A stretch of DNA of 64,000 nucleotides from Phallusia mammillata (lineage: Eukaryota): the NCBI GenBank assembly GCA_965637545.1, contig OZ281498.1, positions 4,092,001 through 4,156,000 of the forward strand, read 5' to 3'. Every line of letters starts with the position of its first letter. Position 1 is the first letter of the stretch. A model generated the notes under the pieces. It had not been told where the DNA came from. It saw only the letters and a list, made by a program, of their open reading frames with translations, and did not search any database. Shown piece by piece: positions 13,301 through 26,124 of this stretch. A program made the translations under genes and the position numbers.

Positions 13301-14525
13301 GTAAAGGTTAAGAGTTTATTTATACTGGCAATACATTACGAAAATTTAGCTTAACGTATAGGTCAATGCAAACTCTCTGGCGTTTTAAAATGATTTTGAG
13401 ACACGCGCTTTTTGAGCACAACAACTTGAAACAATTTATAACTTTTTTATTTTGATTGCAGAGCCTTTTGATGGAGATATAGGAAATGAAAACGAAGATG
13501 TAAACACTCTAAAGGTTGGATTGTGCAAGGTTTGAAAAGTTAACTAAAGAACTGAACAAGAACATTTCAATACATGTTATAGACCAAATTTGTCTTGATT
13601 TACAACACATGGAAGGCAACTTTTCGTCAAGTTCTCCGCCCAAAACAATTCCTTCTTGCCCCCTTCGCTTTTTATAGCGGTATGATAATGACGTTCGGTT
13701 ATTCAGAACTAACCAGAGCTTTTGCATCATGCCTACTTGGCGTCGATCAGGTAGTTGCACAAAAACCCAATAAATGTTTTAATCATAAAAAAACAGATTC
13801 CCGATTTGGTGTTTTTTTAGGTTGGGCTGTGTATGGCAATTTTTGCTGTATCTGGCGGATTTTCATCTGTTCTTATTTCTAAACTGCACAATCGGCTAGG
13901 TAGGAATATTCCCGTTGCAATTGGAGTTTGCATCGACGTTTCAAGCTACATGTTTCTTCTCTTGTGGAAACCTTCCAGAGAAAATCTTGGTGTTGTTTAT
14001 GTAACTTTCATCATCGTGGGAGTCGTGACTGGAATATGGCAGCCACTGATCATTGGTAAAGCCATTTTTTTAATAGCAGCAGAATATGGTTTGAGAATAT
14101 TCTTATGCTAGTACACATTCTTAGAAATTATGGGAGAGATTTTTCCACACAACCAAGAGGTTGTCTTTTCAGTTTGGAACATGTGGGTTCTCGCCGGATA
14201 TGCGGTTCAATTCGGTTGGAGTACAAGCCTGTGTGTCAATGTAAAGATTTATGCACAGCTGGGGATTTTATTGTTTTCAGTTTTGGCTTACGGTAAGGTT
14301 CTAATTTAGGCTACTGCCATGTGTCATTAAAGGTCCCATCATCTTGAAACATGCGTTTTGGTAGATTCAAAACAAAACAAATCAAATTTTAACTCCGCTT
14401 GATGTGAATTTTTCTTTACAGTTATCGCAAATCGTCTTCAAAATCGAGATGAAGAAATTTCAACCCCATTATTAAACGAGTCTGATGACGCAACAGTTAT
14501 ATCATACGGCACTGAAGGTCCTTGA
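10380..14525 (+). CDS. UNC93A: UNC93-like MFS protein G2 (~495 aa, 9 exons)
   Basis: Exons 10380-10506, 10732-10881, 11030-11211, 13000-13300, 13462-13514, 13583-13750, 13821-14055, 14125-14292, 14422-14525; GT-AG, phases consistent. Motifs LQSSINIEKGLG, CGIHDCQ, SELTRAFASCLLG, WSTSLCVNVKIY. Confidence 0.88.
11620..12945. mobile_element. GAGTC/CAAGTC-repeat-rich non-autonomous element in G2 intron 3, interrupted by a MITE
   Basis: Arrays of cgagtc/caagtc at 11644-11760 and 12800-12935; absent from the G3 intron. Confidence 0.5.
11797..12320. mobile_element. hAT MITE nested in G2 intron 3
   Basis: TIRs CAGTAGTTCTCAAC / GGTGAGAAACACTG; TSD GTTTGGAT/GTTTAGAT (7/8). Confidence 0.8.
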
Positions 14526-15377
14526 GCAGTCCAGTGTCATGCCAAAGTGCGCTAAAAACGTGTTGCCGGAAAGCGACAGATACGATGGTCACACTCACAT
14601 GGGTCCCAAAGTTCACATAAATTTTTGCGGTGCTACTCGGTCCGATCGTTTTGTTCCATGTTGCTCACTCTGAAAATGTTTGCATTTTGTGAAAATGTTT
14701 GTGTTGTGGCAGGTGCGACATCGGCCTCAGTGACTTATGTCTCTTCAATTGTTTTCCACATATTGCTAGCACCCGTCCTTATCGGGGAATGGATCATTTG
14801 AGTTCAGAAACAAACATCATATGCTTTCAACATTCGCCGACAAAAATCAAACACACAAAATTAATCTAAAGCAAACAGGATCAGGTTGCTGCAATTGTTA
14901 TCCGCGCATCTGTTTTCTTACACAAACAGAAGCTGTCTTTCTGGTTGCGTTTTGTTAGAACGCACAAATACTTGCGCCAAAAGCGTTCCCGCGGTCATTG
15001 CAAAGGTCACTGGAAAATAGTTACCTGGTTCGTGGTTGTAGATTGTAGACAAACAAATTATTACAAGAATGTTGCGAAATGTAGTAATTTCGATTATTAG
15101 CATGGAGTAAATTACCAAAGATGTTCTTCCAAAAAAAGCAATGCAGCATGGCTTTTACAAACTTCGTGTCAAACATCGCCGAATAGGCTTGACATGTTAA
15201 TTCGGAGAAAAAAATATTGTGAACTGTGCTTCCTTGGATGTTTCATACTGCTTCCATCCCGTTTACATCAAATTTTATTAACTGAATAATAATTTTCACA
15301 AAAAATATATACACAGACTATACAAGAGTTTGGGTAGACCTTTCAATCGTACAACAAGACAGCTGAAATATGATGAT

Positions 15378-18300
15378 CTAGTGATTTTGGTGTTGTAATT
15401 TTTTTGTTTTTGTCTGGAGCCGGTTTGCGGCACCTGCAATCGAACAATATCAAACTATATACTTAAGGAAGATACAAAACTGATTAGGAAATCTCACCGT
15501 AAGCCAATACCGAAAAGAATAAAATTCCCAGTTGTGTGTAAATCTTGACATTGACACATAGACTTGTACTCCAACCATATTGCACCGCGAAACCGGCAAG
15601 AACCCACATATTCCAAACTGGAAAAGCCACTTCGTGGTTGTGGGGAAAAAACTCTCCGTGAATTTCTAAAAAAGTGACCAAAAACAAGTTTCAACCAACA
15701 GCTGCTTATAACAAAGAAATATTTTACCACTGATCAATGGCTGCCATATCCCATTAACTATTCCCACTGTGATGAAAGTTACATAAACAACCCCCATATT
15801 TTCGCTCGTAGGTTTCCACAAGAGAAGAAACATGTAGCTTGACACGTCAATGCTAACTCCTATTATCAACGGAATGTTTCTTCCAACGCGACTATATAGC
15901 TTGGAGATAAGTACAGATGAAACTCCACCAGTCGATGCAAAAATTGCCATACAAAGTCCAACCTAAGTGAAAACGCAATAGAATGTTATTGTTTAATATT
16001 TGAAGTGTTTGTGTTTAGTTGCGTTGCAATTACCTGGTCAACTCCAAGTATACATGATGTAAAGGCTCTGGTTAGTTCTGAATACCCGAATGACATCAGT
16101 ACACCACTGTACAGAGCGAAAGGGGCAAGAAGGATTTGTTTAGGGCAGAAGACATGGCGAAAAGTAGCTTTCCATGTGGAGTAAATCATTGAACACTTCG
16201 ACTGCAACAACAAAATTACCACTTTGCAACCGCTAGATGATTACCCCAACTGTCCTTAGCTTAATTGTGGTTTCTGGTCGCGATCTCGACCACTGTTGTT
16301 TTCGCACAATCAACCGGAACTGCTGAAAAGGAACCTTATTGCCCAAATATTGCCACAAAATTATCTCATTAAAATTATCCAATAAACAAAGAAAAATACC
16401 AGACGGTAAAATGATGGACGCTTGCGAGTGCATTTAACTGTTGAGTAGCAAATCGTGTTCAACCATAAACAAACAATACTGGAGTTTACAAAAAAAGTAT
16501 TCAAACCTGTGGGGTGTTCACTTCCAAAGTCTCGCAGTAATCCTCAAGGTTTTTGTCATTCGGGCCTGTAAATATTTATGAAACAGAACCGTTTGTTCAG
16601 ACAAGGCTTCCAAAAATTTACATAAGCGCCAACTTTTAGAATCTAGGTGATATCGTCAGTAATACGATATTAGTCAATTATTACATACGATTACATTTGT
16701 GAAAGGAAATTTGTTTTCTTTTTAATAAACTTTGAGGGCATTGGACGAAATGGTTGAATATCTAGAGATCAATAACCCCCAAAAAAGCCGAAAATAAAGC
16801 AGTGTGCAAACCTGGCTAATCGCAAGCCTGTATATAGTTTATACTAAACAGTAATTATTGTTGCTTTTTACCCTTTCTTGCAGTCTTCAAGAGAGCTCTT
16901 CTATTAATTGCACGATCATGCGAAGTTGTTTCATTTTGTTCAAGAGCAGGATTAATATCATTCACAAGAGTCAAATAAATGATGGCGGCGACAAAGATCA
17001 TTCCTGCCATCACTCCGATCACAAGATTGAGAGTAAGTTGTGAAGTCGGAATGTACATGTCAATGTTTTGTTGAGTAACATTGGGATTTTGACAATCGTG
17101 GATGCCACAAGATGAAAAATCTGACTTTGTCTGATTTCTTGCAAAAGTCAAATTTTGTTTTGATTTTCCACCGTAGAGAATAGCGTAGCTCAGCAGGTTG
17201 GAAAATATCTGTTAACAGTTTAATTTGCTTAATTGACTACCCTTTAACTTGCGGGGCCTGTTTTAAAAATTTGATATTTTTTGTAGCTCACTTATATCTA
17301 AATAACGTTATCAATACAGTTAATGCTGAATTCAGTCTTGGATGAAATAGCAAACTATAGTTGTTCAATTTTGCAAAATTAGAATAAAAGATCAGCAATG
17401 ATAAGGTGAATTGGGCCACTCCTACAGAGTACGCCAGGCCCATTGAAGGCGCCCTACCGAATCAGCAGGTCACCAAGCATTCATCAACATATGGCAAGGG
17501 GTGGGCTAGAAAAATCTAGCCTGCGGTGGGATTCGAACCACGACAGGAGTCTTTCCGGGAACCGCGCTCACCAAATGAGCTACACAGGCTTAGTGGAAAA
17601 TCCACGAAAGTTGAATCACAAGCACCGTTGCCTGTCTCGTATGCTGCTCTAGTCAGCTTCGTAGTAGAGTATCGGCTGATTGACTATTACCAGTTAAGAT
17701 GAACACAAATTCATAACTGGGATCAGTGATTCAACTTCTGATTCAACTTTCGGCGGATTCTCCACTGAGCCTGCGTAGATCAATAGGGTAGAGCTCAAGT
17801 CCCGGAAAGAATCCTGTCGTGGGTTCGAATCCCACCGCAGGCTAGCTTTTTTTCTAGTCTACGCCTTGCCATATGGTGGTGAATGCGCTTGGTGACCGGC
17901 TCATTCAGTATGGCGTCATTTAATGAGCCTGGCGTATCGTGCGTTACATGTGAGTTTGCCCGTGATCGCTGGTTGGCACAGACGCTTCGGGGCTGATGCC
18001 AGTTATGAATTTATGCTCGTCTTGAGTCACTCTCATTTAGTACCACAACATTATTTGCAGAATTAGAGTATTCGGAACAATTATTTTGAACTTTTCGCGA
18101 ACTATTTCAGAAGGCAAACAAATAGTTTTATGAACGACAATATTTCGTGAGAAAAAATGTAAAACATGACCTGGCTGAGCTGAAATCCGAAGAAGAAATA
18201 TCCCACAAACTCGGTTTCGTATGTTGAATTAGGTTTACCAACTTGTTTTGCGTAACATCGCGCGTAGTGGACACTGAATAAAATCATGGTTGGCCACATC

Positions 18301-19006
18301 GTCGCCTCTCCAACTCCAACCAGGACCGAAGCAGGAACAAGAGCTGGAACGACTAAACCGACAATACGGGCTCAGGAAAATATCGTTTAATACAAATATG
18401 GAGTTAATATTTTCTCGGGGTGTGTGCAATGTACTTACACTACTCTAATTTTTTAGGGCATTCGATGCTTAATGCACAAAAGTAAAACTCTAGTTAATGT
18501 ACATACTCGGATAGTAGTTGGCCAACACGTAGAAGATGTACATCGCTTGGCAAATGATGGCGGCGTACTTTGCACCGACGATCCTGATGATGGCCGGTGT
18601 CAGTAGAAGACCAAAACCCACTGAACAACAATATGTAACTGCGGCTGATGTAGCACCTGATTAAAATGAGAGAAAAAAGTTGTACTTCATTTAAAAAAAA
18701 TTATTACAACCAATCAACAAAATATATGTAAGTTATACTTACACAACATGCCTGATACTACGTATGCAAAAATATCATTTAACACAAATAAAACATAAAG
18801 TTGGTCTTATAACGGAATATGCGCTCTTAAGGTTTCAAGCATAAACATTGCGAAAAGTAAAAAAATATTTGCAATTCACCTAGTCCTTCTTCGATGTTAA
18901 TACTCGACTGTAGAAAAAGTATAGCGTAGTAGGATCCATATGTGAGAAAGTATCCAAGGGAATAAAAAGCAAGTTTTTTCAAAACTTTCTGCTTATTATC
19001 CAACAT
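15378..19006 (-). CDS. UNC93A: UNC93-like MFS protein G3 (~493 aa, 9 exons), inverted duplicate of G2
   Basis: Exons 19006-18880, 18656-18507, 18352-18171, 17208-16872, 16565-16507, 16201-16034, 15962-15728, 15665-15498, 15433-15378; lengths of exons 1-3 and 6-8 identical to G2. Exon 5 was inferred from phase only. Confidence 0.85.
17518..17589 (-). tRNA. tRNA-like gene or pseudogene, copy A
   Basis: GCCTGTG/CGCAGGC acceptor stem, D arm GCTC..GAGC, TTCGAAT T loop, T5 run just downstream; anticodon stem mismatched. Confidence 0.5.
17769..17843 (+). tRNA. tRNA-like gene or pseudogene, copy B
   Basis: Perfect acceptor stem GCCTGCG/CGCAGGC, perfect T arm GTGGG-TTCGAAT-CCCAC, T7 run at 17847-17853; D and anticodon stems degenerate. 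Confidence 0.5.
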
Positions 19007-19799
19007 TTTATCTTCAATTAGCAAAAACTTTGCACAAATTAACCAGATTCCTGCTCACAAATATTACATGCTGCAAAACAAGAAAATTTGCACTCTTTAT
19101 AGGTTTTTAGTTTAAACAATTCATGCTTTCGAAAGTTGCGTGACGCGGTGGTGATGATGGATCCGCGTAATTATATATTGCCTCATAGCAAACATAACAG
19201 ATTAAAACTACTTTTTTCGTATTGAAACTGGCTTTGCGCTTAACTATCTGTTTTCTGATAGCCGTTGGTTTTATAGGAATCCTTGTAGCCAGAAACTGGT
19301 TAATATATGTAGTGCTGCAAATAAAATTGCAGTCAGATATCAGATATAGAAACCAGCATTCAAATCAAAGTAATTCCAAAACGTTCTGCTGCTGAAGGCT
19401 GTTTTATGTGAGCTGTTTTCTTTCTTAAACTTGACTCAACCATTGCTAGAAATTTGTCGAAGTTTAGTCGAAGGCATTCCAAAAAATTCTAAAATTATTT
19501 TGCTCTTCGATCTCTTTCCTCTTGTACTAGTGTATGTAATTTTCTTTAAATGTGATAAGGTATGAAAGTTTACAATCACACATAACACCCAAACCTAATC
19601 TGTCGGCACTTGAGCGACAAGTTGCAACAACTTAAGACCCCATTACCAATTTGTGACAAAGGTACCAGCTATTGTTGTAAAGTACTAGCGCATTACTTTT
19701 CCAGAAACACAGCAAAGATAAATCAATCACGCTGCTATTGTGCAAACGCCTGTGAAATTGATTTTAACACTGCATCAAACGTATGTTGCAATTACATAT

Positions 19800-20135
19800 G
19801 CTGAGCGGGCAACTTCAGTTGAACGACCATGCTTTTTCGGAAATTTGTTACCATCATCTTGCAACATAGAACACCATGTATGGAATGTTTTTACTTTATG
19901 ACAAAGTAAAGTATACATGCGACATAGCCGACAACATGCGTTCGCATATAATAGCACCGCCAAACTTCCGCGAAAACTGTTGTGAATTTTGGCATTCCCA
20001 TGTCACCAACGCACCTATTCAAACCAACAGCTGCCTACAATAAAAACATGTTTTATCACTTATCAATGGCTGCCATATTTGCCAGACGCGGCAAAAATTG
20101 CTTAATTAAGTGTTAACACAGTCCAACCTGGTTGA
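19800..20135 (-). pseudogene. Relic of G2/G3-type exons 7-8
   Basis: cag|gttggactgtgt..gcaatttttgccgcgtctggc (VGLC..AIFAASG) fused by deletion to aatatggcagccattgataag (IWQPLI); degenerate TLLCHKVK ~ TSLCVNVK downstream. Confidence 0.6.
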
Positions 20136-20554
20136 GCAGGTTGCTCTGCAATAAGATCTTCCGTCATTTAGTTAACAGGTAATTGCTTTCCAAAAGATAA
20201 AATTAGATAGGAATGCTATTAAACACTCGATAAGCTTACAAATAGGTAATAAATATTTGAGCATAGGTGGGAGTTGAAAATATTCCATAAATGAACAAGC
20301 GTTTTGCACCGCACTTTGTTTATTGCCTTATTCAATCAGCATGCTTATTAAAATAGAACATTTAGGAAACAAAACATGTCTTTGGAAATTGATATCCTTT
20401 ACTTGTATTTAACTTATACATTCTACTGGCAAACAAGCGCATAACTATAAAGTAAGCAATAAGGCGTTAACATTGTTTGGGCTAAACCGGTTGTGAGAAA
20501 TTATGTATAAGTTTAGTCCTATCAGCAAAGCGCTTTATAAATTCTGAATAAGTG

Positions 20555-20935
20555 GTATTATACTGCACACCTGTGCTCTTGCGATTGGCTCTTGCACAAA
20601 TTCTATCATAGACGACATCCGATCACGGCACAGCACAAAGCACAAAGCACAAGGTTAAATCAAGTGAACACCAGATCACAGAGTCGCATATTCATACTAA
20701 TTAACCGCGACAGGAAATATTTTAAAGTTCAAACATGATTTGTCAATCCCGTTGAATAAAAGCGTTGGACCATTTAGCTTTATGCTAGCAAGTTAAAACG
20801 AGCTTTTTTCTGAAGCAACAATTGCAAAACTTGCACAAACTGGTATAGCAACCGCTATACCGGAGTAATAGTTGGCCCAGGCGCAAAGAAAACCGGGAAA
20901 ATGATAACGGCGTATTTTGCACTGAACGCTCGTAG
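20555..20935 (-). pseudogene. Relic block: G2-type exon-2 remnant followed by CCAAT-containing module (copy 1)
   Basis: gtgcaaaatacgccgttatcattt ~ G2 gtgcaaagtacgccgccatcattt; ggccaactattactccg|gt ~ ggccaactactatccga|gt; block homologous to 43900-44310 and 50850-51290. Confidence 0.55.
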
Positions 20936-21725
20936 GTTAACAACTTTTTTGAATATTTTTCTTAACTATTTTGCATTCGCTCATTTTAACCTTTTGCGTG
21001 CGGCGCGCTTGGTTCCAGAAATGAATAACAAGGCCCTGGACTGACTATTGGTTTGGAAATGTTCTCCTGCGTCAGCTGAGCTTCTTCTATATTATTTTTT
21101 ACTAGGAAGCTTCTTCTGCTTCTAGTGGTTCGCATCGGTCGTCTGCGTCATTATTACGATTCTTAACGCTTGCTGCATAGAGCCGACATGATCCACAAAA
21201 AATCAATTTAGTTCTTGTCTTTTATTCTGGTTACGCAACACACATCAAGTCTCATTTATCTCAAGGAACGGAAACGATGGAAAAAAAGGAAAAAACTCGT
21301 TTTTCTTGCGATCATTGCCAAAAATACCTTTTTCTACTCACATCAGTTATTAGTTTGTTTCAAGTAAAAAGCTTGCAAACAAATGCTGCACTGCAATTGA
21401 TTGTACAAGTGTTTCGAAATACCCGGTTTACGCAACAGCCCATCTTATGGTCAAGCTGTTTAAACATAACAGGAAAGCAAGAACATGATGTGTGGAAACA
21501 TTGACACTCAATACGGACTTCCAATAGTTACTGAATCATGAGAACACATGGAACAGTAAAGTTACACCGCTCCATGCCATATGTCACAAACAACACATAA
21601 TTTCCATGGGAACGAAAAGTCATGCTTGCAAAGATAAAGATTTCCATTACTTAATGCTTAGCTAAACCAAAGTGCGAAAATAATGGTTTAAAAGCACGTA
21701 ACCACTAAAAAGCACGAGTATTTAC

Positions 21726-22394
21726 TAGGGCTGTTATCAAACAAACGTTTCGAATTTTTCAAATAATCAAATATTTTTTTTCCTTTCAAATCAAATAATC
21801 AAATAATTCAAATAATTTTAAAATCCAACGATGTAAGGCCCAGAACCATTAAAGGATAAGGATATTTCAAACTTATCAAATAAAAATGGCAATGTGGTTG
21901 TGCCCCTTGTCATTAAATTTATGCTAAACCTTTTTTATTAAAAAAATGGTACAGACATGCTTCAGTTATTCTCCGTAATTTGGCAGAGCCATGTATTCTC
22001 CACAGGGTTTTTTTCTCATCATTTTACCAGGTTTCTCGTGGACACTTAGTTAATTAAACTTTGGTCTTTAACATTTCGATCACTTGCTTGAATAACCTTA
22101 AATGTTACTAGGTGTAATTAATACCAAAATATAAGCTCAAATATAAATTCCAAAATATATTGGGAAAAGGGTTATATAAGGCTGGAAACACATGTTGCAG
22201 TGCTTTTGTTTACTCTCTATTTCACAAAATTGTCACCAATCTGTTCAAATCAATTGATTTTGCACCTAAATTGAGGTTTACTGAACAGGAAAAATTTATT
22301 TGATTATTTGAAATTGAGTAAAAATTATTTGATAAATTTTCAAATAAATAAAAAATTCAAATAATCAAATAATTATTTGTTTGATAACAGCCCT
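21726..22394. mobile_element. 669-bp hAT MITE (TAGGG TIR)
   Basis: TIR TAGGGCTGTTATCAAACAAA at both ends; exact TSD GTATTTAC; subterminal tcaaata repeats. Confidence 0.9.
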
Positions 22395-22926
22395 AGTATT
22401 TACCAGTGACATCATAAAGTACTCTTTATTGGTTGCGCATAAACTCATTAAAAAAAAATAAGATCATTGTTGTATTAAAAACTCGCAGTGCTCAGAAGTA
22501 TTTACTGACAGGCTCGACGTATGTTTGAAAAATTATTTTCCGTTGAAACCAGCCCTTGCGTTGGGTTTTGATTTCAGTATATGTTGTCATGGGAATTATG
22601 CTGACCAAACTGTTTTCAGCTGCAATCCTTGCCACCAAGTTTGTCAGGCAACAAAAGAAAAACTGACTAACATGATCGTGCTGCTGCAAAACGAAGTTTA
22701 TAATCATTCACACACTGAGCTACATCCTATTGTGACAGATAAGCTATTGCTGCCAGGCTTACTGCAGTAACAACAATTGCTTTCCGGAAGTGTTGGTTCG
22801 AAAGCTACAGACGTTTAGACGTATCACAAGACAAGGATTTGCAATTTATATTGCGACATTCAAACCATTGATAAGTTTTTTATTCTTCAACAAATATTAA
22901 CAATAACTTTACCAAAGGTCTACATC

Positions 22927-23104
22927 CAGTGGTATTGAAAATTTCTGTCAGCCGGTTCTATCACAAAAGTAATATTTTTCAGCCGGTTCTGTTACAAAAA
23001 AGTCTATTGCCAGTAACCAGAAATGCTAACCGGTTCGTTGATCTCATAAAATTTCGTGAGACAGTTCTACCAAACCACTGCGAACCGGCTGTATCCCACC
23101 AATA
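22927..23104. mobile_element. hAT MITE with AACCGG repeats
   Basis: Exact TSD TCTACATC (22919-22926, 23105-23112); second family copy at 30798-30950. Confidence 0.75.
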
Positions 23105-25539
23105 TCTACATCAAAATGCCTCTCTTATAGAGTTACCGGAGCACACTACTCACAAGACATGAGCATTGTAACGTCTACTTCAGTGCTCCTGATAGGCACA
23201 GACGTCCACTCTGGTGCTTTAAATTAGGTTTAAAAACGCGCCCGTCAGGTCCCAACTACAGGCTTCTTCCTACTAACACTCCGCACAAGGTCCTAACAGT
23301 TTGTTGTTTTTTTGTAAAAAAAAAGCCTTTGCTGGCTTCAATTAGTAGGATGTAGTTACTTCAACGGAATAAAGATGGCTAAACTGGCGGAAGGTTATGA
23401 TGGCATAAACACAATATGATGGCATAAACACAATAGAAAATTGCCGAGCTAAACAATATAACACTCTTACCGAAACGTTTGGACCAGGACTTTAAAACAG
23501 TTATTTGTTGACGAGCAATCAAGTCAAACTGCAAATAACAAAGTACACTTTACACCAGACATATTGTCTCAGCAAAAGATTTAACAATACAAGATAATGG
23601 TTATTGGCTTAATGTTGACAAAGATACACAAGCAAACAAAACAACACTTACCAAAACAACTTGGTCACAAATTGATGGCAGACTTTATGTGCACAGCAAT
23701 AAGAAACAGGTAACATATGATTAAAAAGCAGTTGATTTAATTTTCCTGAAAAACAAACGACAGTAGTTACCTAGACACACGAAACGAACTACCGACATTT
23801 TCAGTAAACATGTGTCGAGCACAAGGCGCGAAATTGTCCACAAGAGAGCGCTATTCATACTGAAATTTACATTATGGGGAGACGGTAAACAACACAGTAA
23901 TTTGCGGTGTAACAAGCATCGTTTCAAAAATGCACACTAGATGTTACGTGAATACATTACAACGCTCCACATACAGAACTTTTTTCCCTGTTTGAGGTTT
24001 TCCAAAACCCCAAATGGCATGGACACATAATAATTTTCGCGACATGTTCCGTGTGGTCAAAACCGCGCTGGATGATGTTCCATCTCATCAGCAACAAAAC
24101 GACAAACAAAAGGCTATAACTATTCCGGTGTTACAATAATGCAATTCGTTATTATAGTACTGTAGTTGTACAAATCAACATACATTTTTGCCGGATATAC
24201 TAACATAGTGTCCAGTATTTGCCGGTCATGTCCGCAATTTAGGGTGAAATCTGTGTCCGAAAATAAATTTTAAAAACTTTTATAACGTCCGGAATTTTAG
24301 CGCCCGGTAGCTTAACCTACAATAGTTCTCATAAGTTTTTTTTTTGGGGGGGGGGGGGGGGGAGGTTACTTAAAGGTTTACGTTTCAACTGTTGTCTGTG
24401 CGGCTTTTGATGTACGATATTACCTACATTCTTCCGAAACAATTTATCGGCATGCATTAAAGCCTAGTTGATTAAACAAAACAAAACTTCGCGTTTTATC
24501 TTTGATAGTAATGAGTGACTATTTTACCAAAAGTAGTAGCCTACTGTTTAGGTTGTTAGCATGTAGGAACATGTTTCATGTCGCCAAAGATAGGAGTAAA
24601 AGGTTGCAATTTACTTACGCAAATGTGGTAACCCTGTGCTCACATGCCTTTTGCTTAATACACAACACGTGCACATACTTGCTGTCAGGACAGATCGGTC
24701 CTTTATGTAACCGCATTTAGTAATAGCCTAAACAGCATGCCACTTATTTAAATCTGTATTAAATCAGAGTTATTAAACCTTGAAAAACTAACTTACTCAA
24801 AAGTTTAACGGTAAACTCCGGTACGATATGCTATCTGGATAGACCTATTGCTTTAGCTATAAAAGCTGTTGGATTTAGTCTTGACAGGAAGTGTTTGCAA
24901 AACGTGTAGCAGAAAAGTTCCTTGTTTGTCCAGAAAGTGCTATAATTTTGTCCGCCCTGCATGCCGGTTAGTTCCTTGTCAATGCGAGCCTGACGTATAA
25001 TGCCACAGAAAGAAAAATCGACTGTCAGCTCAGTGTCACAACACTCCCCGTGAGAATATGGAACTACACATTCCAGTTCTTCTAGTTACGCTTTTCATAA
25101 TAGTTTTATAGCAAGCAAACGTGCGATGTTGAGCAAATTGCACAAATCTATGATTTTTTGTGATATTTTGTCAGCGCCGGATATGGTCAATTAAATATAT
25201 GTCATATAAATTTGTTCGCAGCTCGCTCTAATGCTGCAACTTTGACTTCAAACGTAGTCATTGGTCGGATGTCAGATCCACTGATCAGTACAAACATGAA
25301 GCATATGTGTGACGCATCTTGTTTTTTTCTACCTTAAACGCCTTTCGCCACACCTCGTACCATTAACGCCCTTTAGCCTACAATCCTACATCATAAATGT
25401 TTTTATTTAACAAAACGGCTTATAAGCCGTTTGTTAAATAGGTTAGAAAGTGTTTTTAAAAATTATTTCGGGACACATGTTTTATGCCCCAAATCGGTAC
25501 ATGTCCGGGAAATTTTGTTCGGTAATCCACGGCTAGACC

Positions 25540-25900
25540 ATAGAAAAAGTAAAAACCGTCAATACCAAGCAAAAAGGTAAACTCCTTGAACGATGGTTGC
25601 GGCCAATTATGGAACAATGGTTATGGTAGCCAGCACCGGCGTCCACAGAAAGCGAGAAAGAAAAATGTGCCTTAATGGAAATGTGTGTAGGGCAGGAACT
25701 TGGCCGAATAGTCCGGCGCGCCTGACCCATATACAGACATAAAAAAGCTGATCGGGATTCGTCCCCGGGAGGTTCCTGGGTTCGCACCCCGTCAAAAAAA
25801 AGGAAATGTGTACCTGCAGAAAGTGTAAAACGAAGGGGGAAAACAAGTGGTTATTCTATGACAATAGATCACACAAGCTTTCTTCATGCATTGAAGCAAT
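25540..25900 (-). pseudogene. Relic of diverged UNC93-like exons 1-2, hit by a SINE
   Basis: ASMHEESL|gt ~ SSINIEEGLG|gt; ctgcag|gt acceptor; LWTPVL..AATIVQGVY ~ LLTPAI..AAIICQAMY; stops and deletion present. Confidence 0.4.
25690..25801 (+). mobile_element. Short tRNA-derived SINE, copy 1
   Basis: A box TGGCCGAA, B box GGTTCGCACC, A tail, flanking direct repeat ggaaatgtgt. Confidence 0.8.
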
Positions 25901-25926
25901 TTACATAGAAGCTGCGTTCTTTAAAT

Positions 25927-26124
25927 CAGTAGTTCTCAAACTGTGCGTCGTTTCAATTTTCCAAGGGCGTCGTAGAATATTTCCGTTTCGTGGCTTTTTG
26001 TTGTTTTATCAATAAATACAACTTTAATCATAAGTTTCCTTATTAACTTTTATTTGCTAGTGCGTCGCAAGTCCAGAAAACTTTTCCAGAGGCGTCGCAA
26101 CAAAAAAAAGTTTGAGAACCACTG
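25927..26124. mobile_element. hAT MITE
   Basis: TIRs CAGTAGTTCTCAAAC / GTTTGAGAACCACTG; TSD CTTTAAAT/TTTTAAAT. Confidence 0.85.

Larger units (their letters stand above)
6400..25460. repeat. Large imperfect inverted duplication (left arm ~6400-14525, right arm ~15378-25460)
   Basis: Reverse-complement matches: 6470-6510/25365-25420, 6720-6890/24775-24950, 7370-7450/24040-24115, 7760-8130/22500-22850, 8270-8390/20120-20265, plus G2/G3 exons. Confidence 0.85.

Noticed and set aside
17518-17843. Functional tRNA-Ser(GGA) genes
   Set aside because: Anticodon stems are mismatched, there is no U33 and no long variable arm; kept as tRNA-like only.
24335-24365. T10-G17 homopolymer run
   Set aside because: Low-complexity tract, possibly G4-forming but unsupported and error-prone.
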